Shown: positions 23,400-39,217, counted from the first letter of the stretch. The stretch: 64,000 bases of DNA from Heptranchias perlo (GCF_035084215.1 NW_027139666.1:4092001-4156000), one strand, 5' to 3'. Numbers and translations are program-made. The notes: generated from the letters alone by a model not told the origin.

Positions 23400-26300
23400 T
23401 TATATACAGATACAGAATGAATCTCACACTCAGATACAGTACAGAGACACACAGACACAGAATGAATCCCACACTCACATACAGTACTAGAGGTTGCCAG
23501 ACACAGAGTGAATCCAACACTCAAGTATGGTACTAGAGATGTCAGATACAGAATGTATCCCACACTGACATACAGTACCAAGGACTGACAGATAGCAAAA
23601 CCATCCCACACTCTCATAAAGCACTGGAGACTGAGAGATACAAAATAAATCCCAAACTCAAACACAGTACCTGAGATTGGCAGATACAGAATGAAGGCCA
23701 CACTCACGTACAGTACCAGAGTCTGACAGGGTACAGAATGAATCTCACACTCACACACAGCACCAGAGACTGACAGATACAGAATGAATCCCACACTCAC
23801 ACGCAGTACCTGAGATTGGCAGATACAGAATGAATCTCACACACAGCACCGGAGACTGACAGATACAGAATGAATCCCACACTCACACGCAGTACCTGAG
23901 TTTGGCAGATACAGAATGAATATCACACTCACACACAGTACCAGAGACTGACAGATACAGAATGAATCACACACTCACACACAGTACCTGAGATTGGCAG
24001 ATACAGAATGAATCTCACACACAGCACCAGAGACTGACAGATACAGAATGAATCCCACACTCATACACAGTACCAGAGACTGACAGATACAGAATGAATC
24101 CCACACTCACACGCAGTACCTGAGATTGGCAGATACAGAATGAATCTCACACTCACACACAGTACCAGAGACTGACAGATACAGTATGAATCTCACACCA
24201 ACATACATTATGAGAAACTGCATATATGGAAATAATTCAAGACCCACACACAGTACTAGAGAATCTATATGCAGAATGAATCCCACAGTCAAATAGAGTA
24301 CCAGAGAGTGACAGTTACAGCATGAATCCCACACTCACAATCAGTACCAGAGACTGAGAGATACAAAGTGAATCTCACAGTCACCTACATTAGTGCAGGC
24401 TGAGTTACACATTACATACCAGAGCAAAAATCTCACAGTCGCAGATCGAAAGATAACTCATCAATTCCATCAATGCTGGCTTAGTTACACATTACATACC
24501 AGTCCAAAAATCTCATAGTGTCAGTTTTAAAGGTGCAGTATCAATTCTATTAGCGCAGACTGAGCTACATATTAGATATATTGGTAAATACTCATGGAGT
24601 ATTATACTGAAATAAACAGTATCAATACCATTGGTACAGAATGAACTACACATTACATACGAGTCCAAAAACCTCATAAATGATCAGACTGGAAAATAGA
24701 GTTTCAATTCTATTAGCACTGCCTGAGCTGTACATTACATACCAGACTGGAAATCCCATAAAATATTAGACTAAAAGATGTAGTATCGATTTCATGAGTG
24801 CAGACTGAGCCACACATTATATAGCAGTCCAAGAATCTTATACCTTATCAGACTCAAAGATACAATATCAATTCCATTAGCACAGACTGAGCTACATGTT
24901 ACACACCAGTCCAAAAATCTCATACAGTTTAGACTGAGATACAGAATTAATCCCATTATTGCAGACAAAACTAAACATTACATACCAGTCCAATAATTTC
25001 ACCGGGAACAGATTGAAAGGTACATTACCATTCACAATAAAGTTCAGAGATTAAGATGTAATACTACTCCAAAACTCACACACATTGTTTGATTAAAGAA
25101 AATTGAAAAGTGTATCCATATTAACAAATTAAATACTCGATGAGGAACTGTATATAATTTAAAGTATTAAATCTACAGTTTCAAAAACGATACTGTAAAC
25201 TGAAATAAGAACACCGAATGAATCCAGACTTGCACATTGTATCAGAGACTGAATTACAGAATGAATCCCACACTGAGATAAAGTAGCAGAGAATGGCAGA
25301 TACAGAATGAATCCCACACACACAGATAGCACTAGAGACTGACAGATACAGAATGAATCCATCACTTATATATAATACCCCTGAGACTGAGAGATGCAGA
25401 ATATACCCCATGCTCACACTCAGTACCAGAGACTGACAGATATAGAATAAATCCTACAATCACATACAGTATCCGGAACAGAATGAATCTCACTCACGCA
25501 CAGTACCAGGGACTGACAGATACAGAATGAATCTCTCACTCAAAAAGTACCAGAGACTGACGGATACAGAATGAATGTCACAGTCACATTACTGCTGACT
25601 GAGTTACACTTTACAGACCAGTCCAAAGATCTCATAGTATCAGATTGAAAGATAGAGTATAAATTCCATTAGTGCAGACTGAGCTACATATTAGATATAT
25701 TGGTAAATACTCAGTATTATACAGATATAAATATTATCAATACCATTGGTGCAGACTGAGCTACACATTACATACGAGTCCAAAAATCACACCAATGATC
25801 AGACTGAAAGATATAGTTTAAATTGTTTTAGCACCGCCTGAGCTAAACATTATATAACAGTCCAACAATCTCATACAATGTTAGACTGAAAGTTACAGTA
25901 TCGATTTCATTAGTGCAGACTGAGCCACACATTATATAGCAATCCAAGAATCTCATACCTTATCAGACTCAAAGATATAATATCAATTCCATTAGCACAG
26001 ACTGAACTACATGTTACTCACCAGTCCAAAAACTTCATACAGGATAAGACTGATAGATACAGTATCAATTCCTTTAGTGCAGGATGAGCTACATATTACA
26101 TATCGTGTCCAAAAATCACATGTTGTGTTAGACTCAGATACAGAATTAATCCCATTATTGCAGACTGAGCTACTCATTACATACCAGTCCAATAATTTCA
26201 CCGGGAACAGATTGAAAGGTACATTATCATTCACAATACAGTTCAGAGATTAAGATACAATACTACTCCAAAACTCTCACACATTGTTTGAATAAAGAAA

Positions 26301-26750
26301 ATCGAAAAATGTATCCATATTAACAACGTAAATAATCGACGAAGAACTATATATAATTAAAGCATTAAAGATACAGTTTCAAATACGATACTGTAAGAAT
26401 ACAGTACGATAAGAATACGATACGATAAGAATACAGAATGAATCCAGACTTGCACATTGTCTCAGAGACTGAATGACAGATTGAATCCCTCACTGAGAAA
26501 AGTAGCAGAGAATGGCAGATACAGAATGAATCCCACACTCACATACAGCACCAGAAAATGACAGATACAGAATGAATCCATCACTTATATATAGTACCTG
26601 AGACTGAAAGATGCAGAACATACCCCATGCTCACATTCAGTACCAGAGATTGACAGATACTGAATGAATCCCAAACTCACGCACAGTACCAGAGACTGAC
26701 AATGACAGAATCAACCCCACTCTCATGTACAGTGCTGGAGACTGACATCT
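23400..26750 (+). repeat. Alternating 46-bp and 82-bp satellite arrays
   Basis: 46-mer at 23400-24385, 25250-25590 and 26470-26750; 82-mer at 24385-25030 and 25590-26230. Confidence 0.88.
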
Positions 26751-26764
26751 ACTGGCCGTAAGCG

Positions 26765-28017
26765 AGAATCATAGAATCATAGAAGAATCATTGAAGTTAC
26801 AACATGGAAACAGGCCCTTCGGCCCAACATGTCCATGTCGCCCAGTTTATACCACTAAGCTAGTCCCAATTGCCTGCACTTTGCCCATATCCCTCCATAC
26901 CCATCTTACCCATGTAACTGTCCAAATGCTTTTTAAAAGACAAAATTTTACCCGCCTCTACTACTGCCTCTGGCAGCTCGTTCCAGACACTCACCACCCT
27001 TTGAGTGAAAAAATTGCCACTCTGGACCCTTTTGTATCTCTCCCCTCTCACCTTAAATCTGTGCCCCCTCGTTATAGACTCCCCTACCTTTGGGAAAAGA
27101 TTTTGACTATCGACCTTATCTATGCCCCTCATTATTTTATAGACTTCTATAAGATCACCCCTTAACCTCCTACTCTCCAGGGAAAAAAGTCCCAGTCTGT
27201 CTAACCTCTCCCTGTAAGTCAAACCATCACGTCCCGGTAGCATCCTAGTAAATCTTTTCTGCACTCTTTCTAGTTTAATAATATCCTTTCTATAATAGGG
27301 TGACCAGAACTGTACACAGTACTCCAAGTGTGGCCTCACCAATGCCCTGTACAACTTCAACAAGACATCCCAACTCCTGCATTCAATGTTCTGACCAATG
27401 AAACCAAGCATGCTGAATGCCTTCTTCACCACCCTATCCACCTGTGACTCCACTTTCAAGGAGCTATGAATCTGTCCTCCCAGATCTCTTTGTTCTATAA
27501 CTCTCCCCAACGCCCTACCATTAACGGAGTAGGTCCTGGCCCGATTCGATCTACCAAAATGCATCACCTCACATTTATCTAAATTAAACTCCATCTGCCA
27601 TTCATCGGCCCACTGGCCCAATTTATCAAGATCCCGTTGCAATCCTAGATAACCTTCTTCACTGTCCACAATGCCACCAATCTTGGTGTCATCTGCAAAC
27701 TTACTAACCATGCCTCCTAAATTCTCATCCAAATCATTAATATAAATAACAAATAACAGCGGACCCAACACCGATCCCTGAGGCACACCGCTGGGCACAG
27801 GCATCCAGTTTGAAAAACAACCCTCTACAACCACCCTTTGTCTTCTGTCGTCAATCCAATTTTGTATCCAATTGGCTACCTCACCTTGGATCCCATGAGA
27901 TTTAAACTTATGTAACAACCTACCATGCGGTACCTTGTCAAATGCTTTGCTGAAGTCCATGTTGACCACGTCTACTGCACAGCCCTCATCTATCTTCTTG
28001 GTTACCCCTTCAAAAAA
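26765..28017 (-). mobile_element. Young 5'-truncated CR1 LINE with open RT C-terminal frame
   Basis: Uninterrupted FFEGVT..DFSKAFDKV..GVPQGSVLGP..FADDTK..GNWD and a (TCTATGAT)n tail. Absent from the paralogous site at ~8083. Confidence 0.95.
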
Positions 28018-29789
28018 CAAATTCACATTATCTGTCGTGGTTGCAGAAACAGGATAATGTGCAATGTGATGGAAGTTTCGGTCTGCAACTTTTACTCTCG
28101 TATTTTTGCACTTTTTGACGGTGAAAAATGAAGACAATTAATTCATAATAAAGTTTTTGTTTCTCTCATTCGATAGTTGTGAATTTACCCCAGTGTATTT
28201 CGCTTTACATTGCGAAGTATTTCTCGCTGATATCTCAGGATGATTTACATTGCACCTCTACCCCATTTAGACACTTATTTTCCATGCAGTATGTGGCCTC
28301 CTTATTCCCCCGAGCGAAATGCACCACCTCACACTTTTCTATATTGAAATTCAATGGCCATTTGCACGGCCGTTCTGCAAGTTTATTTTGTCCCAGTCTT
28401 CCTCAATATTGACTATACCCCCTAAATCGATTACAAGAATTTAACACAGCATTACAAGTAGTTTTTGGTCCAAAAAAAATGTACTTGCAGCTCGTCTCCA
28501 TTCCCAGTTTTTTCTAAATCCCACTCGTGCAATATAATGTGAAGAATGAGTTTATCTTCTGTCCCTCTCTCATCTGCAAACTTCAATGTCCCGGGGTTTG
28601 GGGACATCTACTGGCCGGAAGCAGAACTGCAACAGTTCGGAACAAATTGCTGAAACCGGACAATGTGCAGTGTGAGCGTGTTTGTGATTGGTGGCAGGTA
28701 CTAAATCTGATTTTTTAAACCTGCCCATTAACCTTTAGTGTTTGTTATTGAACAGTAAACAGAGCCGGACAGTAAGGATATGGGGAGTTATACAAAGAGC
28801 ATCTATTGCAGGCATCAGGTGAGAAGTGTGAAGGTCACATTTTAAACAGCGGCTGTTTTGTTTCGGTTGAACGGTTAGTCCCATGAGAAAGGGGAGTAGA
28901 AATCTGATATGTACAAAGGTCCCTGCCCAATCGGGTAGACCCATTCATGGATCAGTGCAGGGGTTGGGTTGTGTCTGGATGTCACTAAATTGTAAAATTG
29001 CCCAACACACCTGGTGTGCAGAAGCTGAGTGCTGCAGTACTGCAGTGGAATCAGACACTGACACTGTTTGTATCGCTGTTTTTCCTTTGTGGATATTACA
29101 ATGATTATTAACAGAGAGATTCAATTGATCACTTTTGGTTTTTTCTACCTCACCTGTTCTTGAGTTACAAGAGACAGTTTTTTTTCCATCAGTCAATTCG
29201 TTGAAGGACCCAGAATCAGTGTGATGTTTACTCCACCCGAGGCACAAGGAGCAGTCAGTGCAGCCAGCTCCTTCTCACACACAGTATGTACATTAACACT
29301 CAGAGCATAGAGACACAGACAGGTCATCAGTTCCACATTCTCAGATAGCAGAAATGGTCAATACCACACTGATCCCAATCCAACAGTCAAACAGAGCAGG
29401 AGAGACAGACGGAATTTCTATTTCACAATGACTCAGTACCGCTGAATGGCAAATAAATAATTCCCAGTCCAAAATCACACCCAGTTTCAGATTGAAAGGC
29501 ACTGTTTCAATTCTCACATTATTTCAGGCTTAGCTACAAATTAAATACCAGATAGAACTGACACATGGTACTGATTGATAGATACAGAGTGAATAACAAT
29601 AGCGTACTCCAAGATTAAAATTAAATACCAGCCCTCAATTCACACACATTTTGAGTTTAAAGGTGCAGTATTCATGCCAATAGTGCACCCTGAGATACAA
29701 ATTAGATACCAATTCAAATGTTACCCATATTTGACTCACATATATGTTCAAAAAGCTCATGGTGTCAGAATGAAATGTACAGTTTTAAT

Positions 29790-31650
29790 TCCTTTACTGC
29801 AGATTGAGGTACACGTTAGATACCAGTCCAAAATTCTCATACAGTATAAAACTGAAAGATATAGTATTGATTTGATTAGTACAGACTGACGTAGACATTA
29901 CATACCAGTACAAAAATCTCTCACAGTATGAGACTGAAAGATGCAGTATCATCCCATTCGTGCAGATTGAGCTACACATTATATACCAGTCCAAAAATCA
30001 CATTCAGATTCAAACTGAAAGGCACAGTATGAATTCCATTACAGCAGACTGAGCTACACATTATATACCAGTTCAAAAAACAGATTCAGGGTCATACCGA
30101 ATGATGCAGTATCAATCCCATTAGTGCAGAATGAGTTACACATTACACACCAGTCTAAATATATTCCGCAGCATCAGACTGAAAGATACAGTATCAATTC
30201 CATTATTGCAGACTGAGCTACACATTATATACAGTCCAAAATTCGCATGCAGTGTCGTACTGAAATATACAGTATGAATCCTATTAGTGTTGACTAAGCC
30301 ACACATTACAAACCAGTCCAAAAATCTCTCTCAGTGTCTGACTGAAAGCTAGAGTGTCAATTCCATTCGGACAGACTGAACTACACATTACATATCAGTC
30401 CAAAAATCACTTCAAGCTCATGCTGAAATGTACAGCATCAATTCCATTAGTGTTGACTGAACCACACATTGCATACTAGAACAAAAAAAATCACAGTGTC
30501 AGATTGACAGAAAACGAATCAATTCCATCAATGCTGAATGAGCAACAAATTACATACAACCCATAAATCTCATACAGTGTCAGACTGAAAGATACTTTAT
30601 CAATTGCATTAGTGCAGGCTGAGTTACACATTATATATAGTCCAAAATTTGCATAGTGTATCCTACTGAAAGATACAGTAACAATTCCTTTACTGCAAAC
30701 TGAGCTACACATTACCTACCAGTCCAAAAATCACATTCTTGGCCATGCTGAAAGATACAGTATCAATCCCATTAGTGCAGACTGAGCTACACCTTCCACA
30801 CCAGTCTAAATATATTACACAGTAGCAGAATAAAAGGTACAGCATCAATTCCATTAGTGCAGACTAAGCTACACATTACATACCAGTCCAAAAACCTCAC
30901 ACGGTATCGGACTGAAAGATACAGTATCATTCTTATTATAGCTGATTGAGCCCCAGTATCAATTTGATTTGTACAGACTGAGCTACACATTCCATACCAG
31001 TTCAAAAACCTCATACTTCATCTTTAAGTCTGTTACTGTATCAATTCCATTATAGCTGACTGAGCTACACCTTACAGACTAATCTAAATATATTACACAG
31101 AATCAGACTGAAAGATACAGTATCAATTCCATTAGCGCAGACTGAGCTGCACAAGAAATACCAGTCCAATAATTTCACAGTAAAAGATGAAATGTAAATT
31201 ATCATTTACAATAGTCTTCAGAGATTAAAGTGTAATCCTACATCAAAACTCACACACGTTGTTTGATTAAAACAAAATCCAAAAGTATATCCATAATTAC
31301 AAATTAATGCTGGACAAAAGATTGTGCATCCATTAACGAATTAAACATACAGTTTCAAGCAATATACTGTAACATGAAATAAGAATACAGAACGAATCCA
31401 GACTTGCACTTTGTCCCAGAGACGGAGTTACAGAATGAATCCCACACTCACACGCAGTACCAGAGACTGACAAGAATAGAATGAATCCTACATTCACATA
31501 AAGCACCAGAGACTGACAGATAAAGAATAAATCCCACACACACACATACACGCACACAGTACCAGAGACTGACAGACACAGAATGAATCTCACACTCACA
31601 GACAGTCCCAGAAACTGACAGAGAATGAATCCCAAACTCACATACAATCT
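29790..31650 (+). repeat. 82-bp array (29790-31200) then 46-bp array (31420-31650)
   Basis: Same monomers as 9870-11580. Confidence 0.85.
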
Positions 31651-32401
31651 GACATCTACTGGCTGTAAGGGAGAACTGTAACAGAGTGGAACAAATTCAC
31701 ATCATCTGTCGTTGATCCAGATTCAGGACAATGTAAAATGGGAGGAAATAGTTTCTCTCTCTAACTTCTGCTCTCGTATTTTTTCATATTTTGTCAGTGA
31801 AAATGAAGACAATTGATTCATAATAAAGTTCTTGTTTTGCTTATTCGAAAGTTGCCCCATTATATTTCACTCCACATTGCTCAATATTTCTGTCTGATTT
31901 CTCAGGACACGATTTATATTAATTCAGATAAACCGAACTGAAACACAAATAAAAACTGAGCGCAAATCTGGAAGTTCCAATGACCGTCAAAAGTGAAAGG
32001 GATAAAACATAGAAAAAATTAAAACCGAAAATGCTGGAAAGACTCAGCAGGTCCGGCAGCATCTGTGGAGAAGGGAAGCTCGGGTTAACGGTTCAGGTCA
32101 ATGACCCTTCTATAGATCAGAAAGGTTAATCCGACATAATTTAAATAAGGAACTGGAATCTGCAGAGGGAAAAACTTCAGAAAATCAATTAATTTCACTG
32201 AATCCGGGCAATTGTGTCCTGTATCCACCGTACAGATCAGGAGAAATAATAATACAAAGGAACAAAGTTAAATTCACCGTTGTGGGGGAAATAAATGAAT
32301 ATTTAAAAAAAAATTAATATAAATTAGACCCGTTTGTGTTTTGGAAACACTATCCCTCTGAACATCATCAAATTTGATTCCAGTCTTGGTGTTTCTGAAT
32401 T

Positions 32402-32472
32402 CAGCGTGCTGGGATTCAAACCTGTTGGAATTAACTGTTTGGAAGGCAGCAAAACTCACCATTATAGCACCT
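32402..32472 (-). pseudogene. Decayed tRNA-Gly(TCC), paralog of 12318-12388
   Basis: gctgggattcaaacctg...tttggaaggcagc...ctcaccattatagcacc. Confidence 0.65.
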
Positions 32473-32539
32473 TATTTCACGAGGAGAGAGAAGTCGAGTG
32501 TTTCTGTGGAGTTTCACACTGAATTGCGCCCTTTGGGTT

Positions 32540-33630
32540 TTTGGTACTTTAATCACAGACAATAAATCGTTCCCAAACATCAGCCCCTGATCAGACACAA
32601 CAAGCTGGTGGAATTTCTCATTCATAGATATTAAATAAAAGGATGACAAAAGCAAATAGGAAGAGGTTCGGAAGAAGTCACAAAAACAATTACGGAAGAA
32701 AACAGGAACCACGAAATCAAATTATCAAGGAATATGAAAAGAAATAATAAATTATTCGACAGACACAAAAATAACAAAATGAAAATCAGAATAGTTTGAG
32801 TGCCACTGAGGGATGCACAAGATAAACTCACAGGTAACGTCAGCGAAATGGCAGAAATATTGAATTATTACTTTGCTCAGTATTTACCCGGGAGATTAAC
32901 AGGGTGAACATGATATTAAAGGAAGAGGTCAATAAAGATATCAAGACATTTAAGTTAGAAAGGGTGGTTAAACTGGTCCTGATGGATTGTATCCGTGCAT
33001 ATTAAATGAAGCAAGGGAAGAGATAGCAGAGGCACTGTTACATATATAGACAAAATCATCACAAAGTGGAATAGTGCCAAAGGACTGGATGACAGCTAAT
33101 GGGATTGTTATATTTTAAAACAGGAGATAGAACAAGTGCAGGGAACTATAGACCAGTTAACGAAAGGTCGGTGGTGGGGATGATCATGGAATTCTTTACT
33201 CAATGATGCAGTAGATAAACATCTAGAAACCGAATATATAATAAAGAATAGTCAGCACGGATTTCAGAAAGGGAAGGTTTAATAGTTTGACAGAAGGTTT
33301 GACAGTTTAATTTACAGTTCAACAGAACGTATCTCCTTTTCAATTCTGTTCCATTAGAAATAAACCTCTGTGTTTGTTTTCTATGACATTATCAACCTGA
33401 GTTGCTACTTTAATGATTTGTCAATCTGTACCCCTAAATCCCTTTGCTCTTCGACCCCATTTAGACTCTTATTTTCCAAGCAGTGTGTGGCCTCCTTATT
33501 CACCCGAGCAAAATGCATCACGTCACAACTTTCTATATGGAAATTCAATGGCCATTTACACCGCCTTTCAGCAAGTTTATTAAAGTCTTCTTGAATTTTG
33601 TTACATTCTTCCTCAGAATAGGCTATACCC
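32540..33630. mobile_element. Old CR1 fragments, paralog of 12420-13520
   Basis: Same degenerate motifs; minus frame 'CNKIQEDFNKLAE..NFHIESCDVMHF..EQRDLGVQI'. Confidence 0.75.
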
Positions 33631-34087
33631 ACTAAATAATTACAAGCATTTCACACGACATTACAACAAATGTTTGCTCCAACAAAATTTTCTCCATTCC
33701 CAGTTTCTCTGAATCCCACTCGTGCAATATAATGTGAAGAATGAGTTTATCTTCTGTCCCTCTCTCATCTGCAAACTTCAATGACCCGGGGTTTGGGGAC
33801 ATCTACTGGCCGGAAGCAGAACTGCAACAGTTCGGAACAAATTGCTGAAACCGGAGAACGTGAAGTGTGAGCGTGTTTGTGATTGGTGGCAGATACTGAA
33901 TCTGATTGGATATCTGAAGAAACCTATGAGAGAGTGAAAGGAAAAGGTGACGTTTATCACTCCCAATGTCCCAATCACAATCATTGCCTTCCACCATCCC
34001 TTATTAGCATAGGGTTGTGGGGCTGCCTATTTAATCCGAGCTCGGAGTGGATTTGTGTCATTTCTGGGTCTGAAATTGAGTTTTGAG

Positions 34088-34462
34088 ATGCCTGAGGACA
34101 AGAAAGCAGCTCCCAAGAAGGGCGCCAAGAAAACCTTGAGTAAAGCACCAGCCAAGGGCGGCAAGAAGCGGAGAAAGTCGAGGAAGGAGAGTTACTCCAT
34201 CTACGTCTACAAAGTGATGAAGCAGGTTCACCCCGACACCGGCATCTCCTCAAAGGCCATGAGCATCATGAACTCCTTTGTGAACGATATTTTCGAGCGC
34301 ATCGCGGGTGAGGCTTCCCGCCTGGCCCATTATAATAAACGCCACACCATCAGCTCCCGGGAGATCCAGACCGCTGTGCGCCTGTTGCTGCCCGGAGAAC
34401 TGGCCAAACACGCCGTGTCGGAAGGGACAAAGGCGGTGACCAAGTACACCAGCTCCAAGTAA
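34088..34462 (+). CDS. H2B: Histone H2B
   Basis: Intact 124-aa ORF; stem-loop at 34498-34513; octamer-like ATTAGCAT at 34003-34010. Confidence 0.97.
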   Translation: MPEDKKAAPKKGAKKTLSKAPAKGGKKRRKSRKESYSIYVYKVMKQVHPDTGISSKAMSIMNSFVNDIFERIAGEASRLAHYNKRHTISSREIQTAVRLLLPGELAKHAVSEGTKAVTKYTSSK

Positions 34463-35431
34463 AACTCCACAATCAACTGAAAAAAAATAAACACAAAGGC
34501 TCTTTTAAGAGCCACCCACAGTCTCTCTGAAGACGCTGTGCCGACCCCTCTGTATGGAATCATTTTACTGTAGATAGTTTGATACTAACTGTCTCTCTAT
34601 AACTCTTGTGCTTTTCTAATTTCTCTTGAAATCTGGAAGATTCTCATAATCACTGCCAGGTATAATAATCTATGTGTCGCTTTCTGTTTAGTTCCAATAA
34701 CCAAAAACGTGTCCCTGATCCTCTCATTCCCGTTCATATTCCGCCCCTTCCCCCGCGTCTGCCCCTTCATTGCCGTCTTAAGGCGATGGATTAGACTTCA
34801 TTTCTTTCTCCTTTTCACGTTTGTTTGTTCATTATTCGGGAATATCACTTTGAGAACCGCAATCCTTTGAAATGCAGCAACCCTGAAAGGGACGTCACAC
34901 CGAGTACAGAAAAGTCGAAAGGCTCTGTCACTGTTCGACTTCTTACACCAGGAGTCTCGGCTCCGGTTTCGATCGCGCTGCAGCTCCTGTGAACAGGGAT
35001 CAATCCACAATCTGTGGTTTGTTACTTTTACAAAGATTGAGCTGGAATCTGTCCCGTTACAAAATGTTACTTTACTCCCGCCAGATTGAAAGCGAACGGT
35101 GAAGGGAGACGGATTTTAAACGGATTGTAAAAGATTCTGGAAGTTGTGACGGGAAATGTGCAATAACAGAGTAAAAGGAGAGAGATTTTTTAATCTTTGT
35201 CTTAAGGCGACATTATTTACTAAATCCGCTTCTTGTGTTACAAATATTTTGGCGGGATTTTCAAATTTCAAAAAAAACGGTTCAGTTCGGTATTTTCCGC
35301 CCTTTTCTCATTGCCGGCTATTGATTGGCGAATAAAACAGCTCTCTGATTGGGCTGTTCGCTAAACCAATGAGATTGACAACAGATTGACCAATTACAAG
35401 TGCCCCCACTTTATACCTCCAGAAGGTATAA

Positions 35432-35881
<450 letters not shown>

Positions 35882-36054
35882 ATCGGCCAAGATTTAATCT
35901 GATCAACCCAAAGGCTCTTTTCAGAGCCACCCACTGTATCTGTGAAAGGGCTGGTTACTGTCTGAAGAGACTGACCTATTGATCACAGTTATCCCCGGTC
36001 TACGTTGATATATTACATCACTATAGCGGTTGAAGGAATGGGAGCCAATGTAAG

Positions 36055-36385
36055 TCACCGAACACAAGGGTGACAGGTGAACGGGAGTTGGAGGGAGTTA
36101 GAATAGGGCAACGGAGATTTGTAGGAGTTCATGTTTACAGAGCGTGGAAGATCGGAGGCTGACCAGGAGAGCATTGGAATAGCCAAGTCTGGAGGTAACA
36201 AGGGAATGGATGAGTGTTTCAGCACCAGATCAGCTGAAGGAAGGGGCGGAGACGCGCGATGTTTCAAAGGTGGAATTAGGTCTTGGTGATGGAGCGGATA
36301 TGTGGTCGGATGCTCATCTCCGGGTCAGATAGGACACAAAGGTTGCGAACGGTCATATTCCGGCTCACACAGTGGCCAGGGTCAA
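36055..36385 (-). mobile_element. LINE2 RT C-terminal fragment
   Basis: Reverse complement conceptually gives VRNL..DPEMS.RPHIRSITKT..HL.NIARLRP..ETLIH..VTSRL.YSNALL, the L2 ORF2 signature. Confidence 0.75.
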
Positions 36386-36387
36386 GT

Positions 36388-37030
36388 CTCTGTCCATCCC
36401 GGTCCCTGAATCGATCCAGTCCCCAAACAGGACCTGGGTCTGTCCATCCCGACCACTGAATCTATCCAGTCCCCACACAGGACCTGGGTCTGTCCATCCC
36501 GGTCCCTGAATCTATCCAATTTCACACTGACTCCAGCTCTAATTCAATTCATAATAGCCACACATGACCAATCTCCATCCATTCCGGTCCCTGAATCTAT
36601 CCAGTCCTCAATGACCTCAGCTCTAATTAAACTCATTTTACCCACACAGGAACTGTCTCTGTCCATCCCGGTCCCTGAATATATGCAGTCCACACACAGG
36701 ACCTGGGTCTGTCCATCCAATACCTGAATCTATCCAGTCCCCACACAGGACCTGGGTCTGTCCATCCAATATCTGAATCTATCCAGTCCCCATACAGGAC
36801 CTGGGTCTGTCCATCCTGGTCCCTGAATCCATGCAGTCCCCATACAGGACCTGGGTCTGTCCATTCCGTTCCCTGATTCTGTCCAGTTCCCAATGACTTC
36901 AGCTCCAATAAACGCATTGTACCCACACAGTAACTGTCTCTGTCCATCCCAGGACCTGAATCTACCCAGTCCCCACACAGGATCATTCTCCATTCATCCC
37001 AGTGCCTGATTCCATCCAGTCCCAAACTGA
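36388..37030 (+). repeat. 50-bp minisatellite
   Basis: CTGTCCATCCCGGTCCCTGAATCTATCCAGTCCCCACACAGGACCTGGGT; period 50 (36391, 36441, 36491). Confidence 0.9.
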
Positions 37031-37549
37031 CCCAAGCACGGAAAGGTACAGATTGCCTTCCACACCGATTGATGTTTATTAAACTATTGGGCGCCTCCTG
37101 TCAGCTACAAATCTGAAACTAAAACTATCCCTCTTCCAACGGTTCCGTAGCGGCATTGATTGATTTTATTATGAAAGTGATTGTGTTGGAACTGTAGTGT
37201 GCCTCATTTATTGAATTTAAATTATATATTCCGCCTTTTTTTCTGGAAACCCTTGAATATCAAGCCGGAGTCTGTAAGGATTGTCTCTGAATTTGTATTT
37301 CCTATTTGATGCTGGTGAAAATTTTATAAAGGACGGTAACTAATTCCTGGAGGCGGAGCTTGAAGTTGCACGTCCGCTTGTCCGTCATTCTGAGCCAGTC
37401 TCCTCCTCTCCCGCACTTCATGCTCTGTCTTTCATTCAAACACTCCTCCCCGGACTCTCCGATAATGTGCATTTCTCAACCAGGTCGGGGCGGGCTTTAT
37501 AAATACAGAAGAAAGGCGAGAGTCTTTCATTCAGCAGCGATCTGAGTGA

Positions 37550-37870
<321 letters not shown>

Positions 37871-39217
37871 ACGACTCGACCCTTTCTAACCGGACACAAA
37901 CCAAAGGCTCTTCTAAGAGCCGCCCACCGCCTCACAGAGAGAGCACTGACCTGGGAACTGGTGCGGGGTTATATGGGGCTCGGGAATAGTTTTACAATTA
38001 AAGAGTTTTCTGTGACACACAGTACGGTGAGGTGGGATCGGCGGCGAGCTGCACCGGTTACTGAGAGGGAACTTTCCCTTATTGAGTGCACTGAATTGTC
38101 CAGGGAACGTTACAAGTGAGTTTACCCGGAGCTGAATTCCCCCCCCCCCCCCCCCCCCCCACCTCGCTGAAATGTTCCTTCACTCCATTCGCTCTGTTTT
38201 GGTTCTATTTATCAGTCAGATATTGTGATGTGGGACCGGGGGTTTCCATGGGAGAACAGGTTGAGCTGAGCCGCTGTGATAAGGGCCCAGCTTGTGATAT
38301 GGATTTTCCCTCTGACGGTTGTTTCTGACACTGATACTGAGAGGGTTTGTGAAATTGAACCGTTTGAGCTCAGTCATTGGGGACCTGGAATTACAACAGG
38401 CCCAACTGGCAAAGCCCGCTGGAAATAGAGGCTACCTCTCATTGGTTGCTTTGCTTGAAAACTAATTTCCTTAACCAATCGGAGAGACGACAATAAGAAA
38501 ACGGAGCAAATTGTTGGCCACAATTGACCGATTTTTTTAAATTTGAAAAAAGCCGCCAATTTCAGTGTATGAAATAAGTGAATTACTCGGACATGTCGTT
38601 TTTACACAAAGACTTAAAATCTCTTTGTAATAATGTTATTCCGTATTACACGTCCCAAATTCCGAGCGCTGTTTCAAAAACACATTGTCTATAACTTGCG
38701 GAATATAATCCCAATCATAGATTGCTGATATGGACAAATTTCACTTCTACCTGTAAAAATAACAAATTCCAGGCTATCAATTGATTCCGTTGCAGGGACT
38801 GAACAGGAACCGTGTGTCCTGAAAACGGAATCATGGACGAAGCCTGAAAATGAGCCAATTCTTTTCTCCAATCGTTCATTCTGGATTGTTACACTGCGGG
38901 GAACGTGCTGCTAATATGCGGGATATTAAGATCAGTAATTAATTATTTCAGAGATTGGCTCCACAGTGAGAAAGAGGAAGGAACTGAATTCTGATTCATA
39001 GCCCTGAAAGTGGTGGTTCACGGGAAAACCGGGGGCGGTGTAAATCTGAATGAGAGCGAGAGCAAAGCAAAAGGGAATTGAACGGACCCCGGCCCCGTGT
39101 TCACTTTATTGGGCAGTAAATTCGACAGAGACAAACATTAAAATGGAGTAGTTTCACTGACTTTCTTTCAATTTATCCACCAGATTCAAAGGATGATGAC
39201 CGAGTAAAGCAGCAACT

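Noticed and set aside
28018-28137. 425-aa ORF appearing to give the CR1 RT its own N-terminus
   Set aside because: The first ~40 codons are flanking DNA read in frame by chance from a non-ATG start.
38139-38160. Poly-C run of about 22 nt
   Set aside because: Simple homopolymer; its length is unreliable and there is no supporting context.
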